64,000 bases of DNA from an uncultured Alphaproteobacteria bacterium (GTDB lineage Bacteria; Pseudomonadota; Alphaproteobacteria; Rickettsiales; UBA998): positions 16,086 through 80,085 of the forward strand of contig CAWDMW010000001.1 of assembly GCA_963803575.1 (NCBI GenBank). The letters are read 5' to 3'. The notes under the pieces were generated by a model. The model worked only from the letters and a program-made list of their open reading frames with translations, did not search any database and had not been told where the DNA came from. The number at the start of each line of letters is the position of its first letter. The first letter of the stretch is position 1. A program made the position numbers and the translations under genes. Positions 58,662 to 64,000 of this stretch are shown one piece after another.

Positions 58662-60815
58662 TTACCCATTCTTTTCATCAATTGCAATATGTCTTGGGAA
58701 ACTAAGTCGAATAACCGCACCACCATTGCTACGGTTGTTCAGTGAAATAGTGCCGTGATGATCTTCAACAATTTTGCGAACAATAGCCAGTCCGAGTCCG
58801 GTACCCTTAGCGCGGGTTGTTACATATGGCTCCATCACACGGTGAATTAAATGCTCTGGAAAACCAACACCATTATCTGCAATAGCTATAATAATATGCT
58901 CTCCCTGACTGTAGGCTCCCATATGTATCCAGCCTGCTTCATGGGTAGCTTCTTCATCACGGCGCCCTATGCTCTCCGCAGCGTTCTTTAATAGGTTTGT
59001 AAGCAACTGCGACATCAGGCCTTCGTCACAATTAAGTGTGATATCCTGCTCACTATCCAGCACATATTCTATGTCGGGTTCACTGGTTTCCGCCGAAAAA
59101 ATAGCGCCGTCCAGCAGTGGTTTTAATACCACAGGTTGTAGCTTGGGTGCAGGCATACGGGCAAAAGAAGCAAACTCTTCTACAATGGTTCCTATGTCCG
59201 TCAGATGCCGCGTAATGGTGTTTAAATAGCGGTCAAACGATTCCTGTTGTGCTGAATCTTCAGGGTGAAACTTTTTGCGCAGACGTTCCACAGATAGCTT
59301 AATAGGCGTGAGTGGATTTTTAATCTCATGCGCCACGCGACGTGCTACATCTGACCATGCGGCGTTGCGCTGTGCTGCAATAAGTGGGGTAATATCGTCA
59401 ATCGTGACAATGAACCCTTCAATGTAGCTCTGACTGATTTCGGCAGAAACTTTGACTTGAAATTCAATGGTTTGGCCATGACGAATAATGGTTACCTGAT
59501 CTTCCTGCACCATTCCCGGGCGTTGCAATACCCTTGCTAGTAACGGCTCCAACTCTGGCACAAGAACACGTAATGGATGCCCGGCCATTTCCTGCGGTGA
59601 TTCAAAATGAAGTAGCCGCACTGCCGACGCGTTGCATAACCCGACAATAAACGTGGTGTCGAGTGCAATGACACCGGCAGAAACACCACTTAACACCGTT
59701 TCACTAAAGCGCCTGCGTTGATCCAGCATACGTGTCACCTGCGTTAGTTCCAAACGCTGATGATAAAGCTGTCCGGTCATCCGGTTAAAGTGCCTAATCA
59801 ACAAGTCAATTTCTTCGTTATTGGTGTTCTCTTCAATCTGGATCGAGTAATCCCCTGCCCTGACTCGCTCTGTTGCCTGTGCTACGGTGATTAACGGATT
59901 CGTGATACGCGCGGCAAAACTTACCCCATACCAGAACACGGTGAGTAACAAAATGAGTGTCACCAAAATAAACACCACAACAAAAATCACTTGTAGTTGG
60001 TTGATGTTGTTCGTCAGTCGTTCATAGTTGGTGGCAGCACCTTTGGATTGCTCAATATGTTCCAAGACTTTTTCGTCAACCAGTCGGCTAATAATCAGAA
60101 ACGTATTGGTCAGTGGATCCATATTGACGACGGCAAAAATACGGTTGTGCTTCTCAACTAGCGCAATCTTTCCTTTTCTGGCGGCATGAAAGGCTCTCTC
60201 AGGCAGACTTTCAAAACTAAGCGAGAAACTCAGTCGTGAACGAGCCAGCACACGTTCATTTTGTATAACAATTGCTTCAGATAACGAACGCAGCGTAACC
60301 TGCTCGTCAACAATGTTAGAAAATAAGACAGGGTTTGTGATAGAGAAATCCAGATTGCGGGTTAGTTCCTCTGCCATACCGAGTGCATCCACACGCAATG
60401 TGCTTTCATGCTCATCAAGATACGCTTCTGCCACCGCAACAGATTCTTCCAATACGGTAGTGATGCTTTGATTGAACCAGTCTTTAATCCCGTAATAAAA
60501 AAACAATATAGAAAAGACTGAAATAACAATAGTCGGGATAATCGTAACCAACGTAAATGTGCGAATGACCTGTGTTTGCAATTGCGATCCGGCATAACCA
60601 GAACGTATCACATGCCGCAACCGCACAATTTTTCGCACCAGAAATACACCCGCAATCAGCACGACCAGTCCACCAATCACAATCAGTGACATATTAGACA
60701 GATCAGGCATATTGCTGACATTCTCGGTGTCTATGCGCGTTGCGTCCGATGCCTTAGCAATATTTCCACAAAGCATTGCACAACATAGCAAAATGAAACA
60801 TAGCACGTAATTCAT
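58662..60815 (-). CDS. ntrY: Sensor histidine kinase NtrY
   Basis: N-terminal TM bundle, HAMP, PAS, HisKA H-box (VAHEIKNPLTPI) and HATPase (DNGVGF..GTGLGLAIV). I preferred the ATG at 60815 over 60851. Confidence 0.9.
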   Translation of the reverse strand: MNYVLCFILLCCAMLCGNIAKASDATRIDTENVSNMPDLSNMSLIVIGGLVVLIAGVFLVRKIVRLRHVIRSGYAGSQLQTQVIRTFTLVTIIPTIVISVFSILFFYYGIKDWFNQSITTVLEESVAVAEAYLDEHESTLRVDALGMAEELTRNLDFSITNPVLFSNIVDEQVTLRSLSEAIVIQNERVLARSRLSFSLSFESLPERAFHAARKGKIALVEKHNRIFAVVNMDPLTNTFLIISRLVDEKVLEHIEQSKGAATNYERLTNNINQLQVIFVVVFILVTLILLLTVFWYGVSFAARITNPLITVAQATERVRAGDYSIQIEENTNNEEIDLLIRHFNRMTGQLYHQRLELTQVTRMLDQRRRFSETVLSGVSAGVIALDTTFIVGLCNASAVRLLHFESPQEMAGHPLRVLVPELEPLLARVLQRPGMVQEDQVTIIRHGQTIEFQVKVSAEISQSYIEGFIVTIDDITPLIAAQRNAAWSDVARRVAHEIKNPLTPIKLSVERLRKKFHPEDSAQQESFDRYLNTITRHLTDIGTIVEEFASFARMPAPKLQPVVLKPLLDGAIFSAETSEPDIEYVLDSEQDITLNCDEGLMSQLLTNLLKNAAESIGRRDEEATHEAGWIHMGAYSQGEHIIIAIADNGVGFPEHLIHRVMEPYVTTRAKGTGLGLAIVRKIVEDHHGTISLNNRSNGGAVIRLSFPRHIAIDEKNG

Positions 60816-60937
60816 GGTGTCACAGCTACCATGATTCCTGTGACACCACAAGCCTGATAGGGTATGTTAAGCAGACTGCCAAAAACCTAATGAACCCTTA
60901 CTTTTTATGATAGACTCTGTCGCACACCAACCGTATA

Positions 60938-62026
60938 ATGCGCGCTGCTATGGCTTACCTAACCCCTGTACTTCATGTCGATACTCATGCAATCATCCGC
61001 AACTGGCAGCGTTTGCAGGCATTGCACCCGTTAGGTGCGGTAGCTGCAGTGGTGAAAGCCAATGCTTACGGACTAGGGGTTGCTCAGGTGTCGGCTGCGT
61101 TACGTGGTGCCGGATGCCATACTTTCTTTGTTGCCACACTGGATGAAGCCATTACGCTACGTCAGACATTGCCAGACAGTGCTATCTATGTTTTTCAGGG
61201 TGTGCTGGAAGGTGAACATGATGCGTATCATACATACCGGCTTCATGCAGTAATTAATACGCTTGAGCAGGCGCAACAATGGAACACCATACGCGCAACC
61301 TATCCAGATATGCTGCCAGCAGCTATTCACGTAGACACAGCGATGCAACGTTTAGGGCTGACCATTGGTGAAGTGGAACAGCGCGCCACTTTGCTTCACA
61401 GCCTTCACGCTAACCTGTTAATGACGCATTATGCCTGCGCCTCTGACCTGAAAAGCCCGATTAATCAGCATCAATGTGACACGATGCAACACGCTGTTGC
61501 ATTGCTGCCGCATTTAACCACAAGCTATGCAAATTCCGCCGCACATTTCTTACCCCCCTCTTATCATGGAACGTTAACACGTCCAGGATGCGCGCTATAC
61601 GGTATTAATCCGTGTGATACGCCTGATACGATGATGGAACCAGTTGCCTCACTAAGCGCACCTATTTTACAGATTCGTACCATTGAACAAGCTGGAACAC
61701 TCGGTTATTGTGCGACTGTACCAGTCAAAGCCGGCATGAAAACAGCAACAATTGGCATTGGTTATGCTGATGGTATATTTCGCCATAGCAGCAACCAGCT
61801 TTACGGATATATAGGTGATATACGTGTTCCGTTGCTTGGACGCGTCACGATGGATATGTTGTGCTTCGACGTTAGCCAAGTACCGGACGCTACGTTGGAA
61901 GCCGAAACTTGCATTAGTTTGATGGATCACCGCCAGACGGTAGATGACCTGGCACGTATTTACCATACCATCGGTTATGAAGTACTGACCAGTTTAGGCG
62001 CACGCATTACGCGGCGCTACGTTTAA
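60938..62026 (+). CDS. alr: Alanine racemase
   Basis: Contains AVVKANAYGLG (PLP lysine) and ..GYADG..R..., with the C-terminal beta-domain. Confidence 0.9.
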   Translation: MRAAMAYLTPVLHVDTHAIIRNWQRLQALHPLGAVAAVVKANAYGLGVAQVSAALRGAGCHTFFVATLDEAITLRQTLPDSAIYVFQGVLEGEHDAYHTYRLHAVINTLEQAQQWNTIRATYPDMLPAAIHVDTAMQRLGLTIGEVEQRATLLHSLHANLLMTHYACASDLKSPINQHQCDTMQHAVALLPHLTTSYANSAAHFLPPSYHGTLTRPGCALYGINPCDTPDTMMEPVASLSAPILQIRTIEQAGTLGYCATVPVKAGMKTATIGIGYADGIFRHSSNQLYGYIGDIRVPLLGRVTMDMLCFDVSQVPDATLEAETCISLMDHRQTVDDLARIYHTIGYEVLTSLGARITRRYV

Positions 62027-63066
62027 GCGGCTTGCGCTGCTTTAGGCATCAACCCAAAATCAGCGATTAGCTTCTCGGCGATCTGTACCGCATTTAATGC
62101 AGCGCCTTTACGTAAATTATCTGACACTACCCACATATTTAACCCATGTGGCACACTTTCATCAGTGCGCAGGCGTGACACATATACTGCATCTTCTCCT
62201 GAACATTCTTTTGGTGTCATATAACCACCATCATCACGGCGATCCAGCATTGAGACGCCTTCTGCTTCTTCCAGTGCTGCACGCGCTTCTGCTTCAGTGA
62301 TAGCGCTATCAAACTCCACATTAACAGACTCCCCATGCCCGACAAACACGGGCACACGCACACATGTGGCCGTCACCGCAATGTCAGCTTCCAGAATCTT
62401 TTTCGTTTCCTGAATCATTTTCCATTCTTCTTTCGTGTCACCACTTCCAATAAACTCATCTATATGCGGGATCACATTAAACGCAATAGGCTTTGTGAAT
62501 TGCTCTGGCTCCTGCACCTCGTTGACATAAATTTTCTTTGTCTGATGATACAGCTCATCCATTGCATCCCGACCAGCGCCAGACACAGATTGATACGTTG
62601 ACACGACCACGCGTTTAATCGGAGCAATATCTTCCAGCGGTTTCAACGCCACCACCATTTGAATGGTGGAACAATTGGGGTTAGCGATAATATGACGATT
62701 GCGAAAATGCTTCAAAGCATGGCCATTCACTTCCGGCACGACAAGCGGTATGTCGTCATGCATCCGAAAGAACGAGGTATTGTCGATCACCACACATCCT
62801 TGCGCGGCTGCTCGCGGTGCGTGGATTTTGGAAACTGATGCACCCGGGGAAAATAAGGCTATATCCGTATCTGAAAAGTCATATTCTTCCAGCACCTGAC
62901 ATTTGAGCGTTTTGTAGTCACCATAACTCACCTCACGCCCGTTTGATCGGGATGATGCCAATGGCACAATACGCTCAGCAGGAAAATTGCGCTCAGCTAA
63001 AATAGCCAAAATTTCCCGTCCGACGTTTCCTGTTGCTCCGGCAACCGCTACTACATATCCTGTCAT
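62023..63066 (-). CDS. asd: Aspartate-semialdehyde dehydrogenase
   Basis: Contains VAVAGATGNVGREIL, the NPNCSTIQMVVALKPL active-site Cys and SVSGAG. The ATG at 63066 was chosen. Confidence 0.95.
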   Translation of the reverse strand: MTGYVVAVAGATGNVGREILAILAERNFPAERIVPLASSRSNGREVSYGDYKTLKCQVLEEYDFSDTDIALFSPGASVSKIHAPRAAAQGCVVIDNTSFFRMHDDIPLVVPEVNGHALKHFRNRHIIANPNCSTIQMVVALKPLEDIAPIKRVVVSTYQSVSGAGRDAMDELYHQTKKIYVNEVQEPEQFTKPIAFNVIPHIDEFIGSGDTKEEWKMIQETKKILEADIAVTATCVRVPVFVGHGESVNVEFDSAITEAEARAALEEAEGVSMLDRRDDGGYMTPKECSGEDAVYVSRLRTDESVPHGLNMWVVSDNLRKGAALNAVQIAEKLIADFGLMPKAAQAA

Positions 63067-63211
63067 GACTTTACACACTTTGTTGATCATTGTTCAAACT
63101 ACGAATAGTGGTGTACCAAGAACTAGCTATTTCGTAAACGATAAAATGTGTGTGGTACGCGGTGGTAGCCTAAACGCACAAAAAAAGTCCTGCTTTTACA
63201 CAGGACTATAA

Positions 63212-63751
63212 TCAATGATCTCTTAATTTAATATCCCAAGCCACCTCTTCGATCAGAAGAGAATAACCTTCAGAAACATAATCAATCCGAATTTTAAAAC
63301 ATGTACCTTGGCGAGAAAACAACTGATGAGTTCTTCCTCTCCAGTTAGTTATCGTTCGACTGCTGATGCGAAGTTTGTAAAGGCTATCTTGACAAAGCTC
63401 AAAATAACCTTTGAAACCATCTAAATCGTCTAAAACTTGTGCAATCTCATCGTTTCCAAGGTTAGTGCGCTCTATAAAGTCATCTTTCTGAATAATAAAA
63501 ATGCCTTCGACATCTCCATTCTCCTGAAAATCAACCAATCCTTCCCAAACGCTTCCATCTTGCGCAGAAGTTAATTCAAATTTTACTCGTCTGACTCGCT
63601 TCGCTTCGTCAAAGCGAATTCCAACTTTAGAAAAAAGTCCTGAAACAAATTTGTATTTGCCCTGAAAACCTTCAAACAATTTAACCACTGTTTGAATGTT
63701 CGCAGCTGTTAAGGAAGAAACAAAAGAAAGACGCTCGTTTTGGTTCATCAT
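63212..63751 (-). CDS. Orphan hypothetical protein (179 aa)
   Basis: Clean ORF in an AT-rich pocket between asd and a lolA-like gene. No motif recognised. Confidence 0.5.
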   Translation of the reverse strand: MMNQNERLSFVSSLTAANIQTVVKLFEGFQGKYKFVSGLFSKVGIRFDEAKRVRRVKFELTSAQDGSVWEGLVDFQENGDVEGIFIIQKDDFIERTNLGNDEIAQVLDDLDGFKGYFELCQDSLYKLRISSRTITNWRGRTHQLFSRQGTCFKIRIDYVSEGYSLLIEEVAWDIKLRDH

Positions 63752-63848
63752 AGTAATTGGGTCGCACGTGGCATATAAAGAATAGTCTACAGTGTAGCAA
63801 TTAAGTTACTGCTTTTCAACTTCTTAATCAGTTTCAATAAACCAAGTG

Positions 63849-64000
63849 CTATTTCCGGCGTTTGGGGGATGCAATATGCTGCGTGAAAAGGTCATCATCC
63901 AGCGCAATGTTCACATCAGCATTATTCAGCGCAACATGGGTGATGTCACCTCTTGCATCTTTCATCACTATTTTTCGCAACTGATACGGGCTGTCCTCAA
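63849..64000 (-). CDS. 3' end of a possible LolA-like periplasmic carrier gene (runs off the window end)
   Basis: My own translation gives ..EDSPYQLRKIVMKDARGDITHVALNNADVNIALDDDLFTQHIASPKRRK*. The pattern ..D..G..T.V.L.N......DLF resembles LolA C-termini. The call is weak. Confidence 0.3.
   Translation of the reverse strand, partial: EDSPYQLRKIVMKDARGDITHVALNNADVNIALDDDLFTQHIASPKRRK

Noticed and set aside
1-64000. CRISPR arrays, rRNA operons, prophage or integrase genes, and recognisable defence-system nucleases or ATPases.
   Set aside because: Scanning the intergenic regions and the ORF track by eye showed no spaced direct-repeat arrays, no rRNA-like sequence, no recombinase and no typical defence-gene domains. 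Only one tRNA was found.

Overview
This 64-kb window looks like chromosomal DNA from an alphaproteobacterium. The evidence is a fused ispDF, ntrY-ntrX-trkA synteny, a cobS-like / J-domain / bolA neighbourhood and an archaeal-type short ValRS. The moderate-to-low GC and the many orphan genes suggest a host-associated lineage (Holosporales- or Rickettsiales-like), but that is only a guess. Most of the window is housekeeping: metC (partial), pyrB, msrA, gmk, valS, lipB, mnmA, pgpA, ispDF, rpsD, infA, acpP, fabF, mltG, trkA, ntrXY, alr and asd.

Four loci stand out:
1. 26.4-32.9 kb: a compact five-gene type IV pilus / T2SS-like operon. It has a PilB/GspE ATPase with a perfect tandem MshEN c-di-GMP motif, a PilC/GspF platform protein, a PilM-PilN-like fusion, a PilO-like protein and a PilP-like protein. 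No pilin, prepilin peptidase or secretin is present in the window. This is my best candidate for an undescribed or highly derived system.
2. 37.3-40.3 kb: a Tat-signal DctP-type (TRAP) solute-binding protein translationally coupled to an SLC13/DASS permease carrying two RCK_C domains, with no DctQM.
3. 8.75-17.3 kb: a GC-richer TetR plus RND (MFP-RND-OMF) efflux island. It is bracketed by decayed IS1595-family elements and by about 105-bp imperfect direct repeats, and it lies next to tRNA-Val(GAC).
4. Several orphan or disordered proteins: a DUF2610 protein plus a 626-aa Q-rich protein, a leaderless glycine-zipper protein, a leaderless DUF4394 protein and a 179-aa orphan.

No CRISPR array, rRNA or prophage was seen. 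All domain calls come from reading motifs by eye, and no database search was run.
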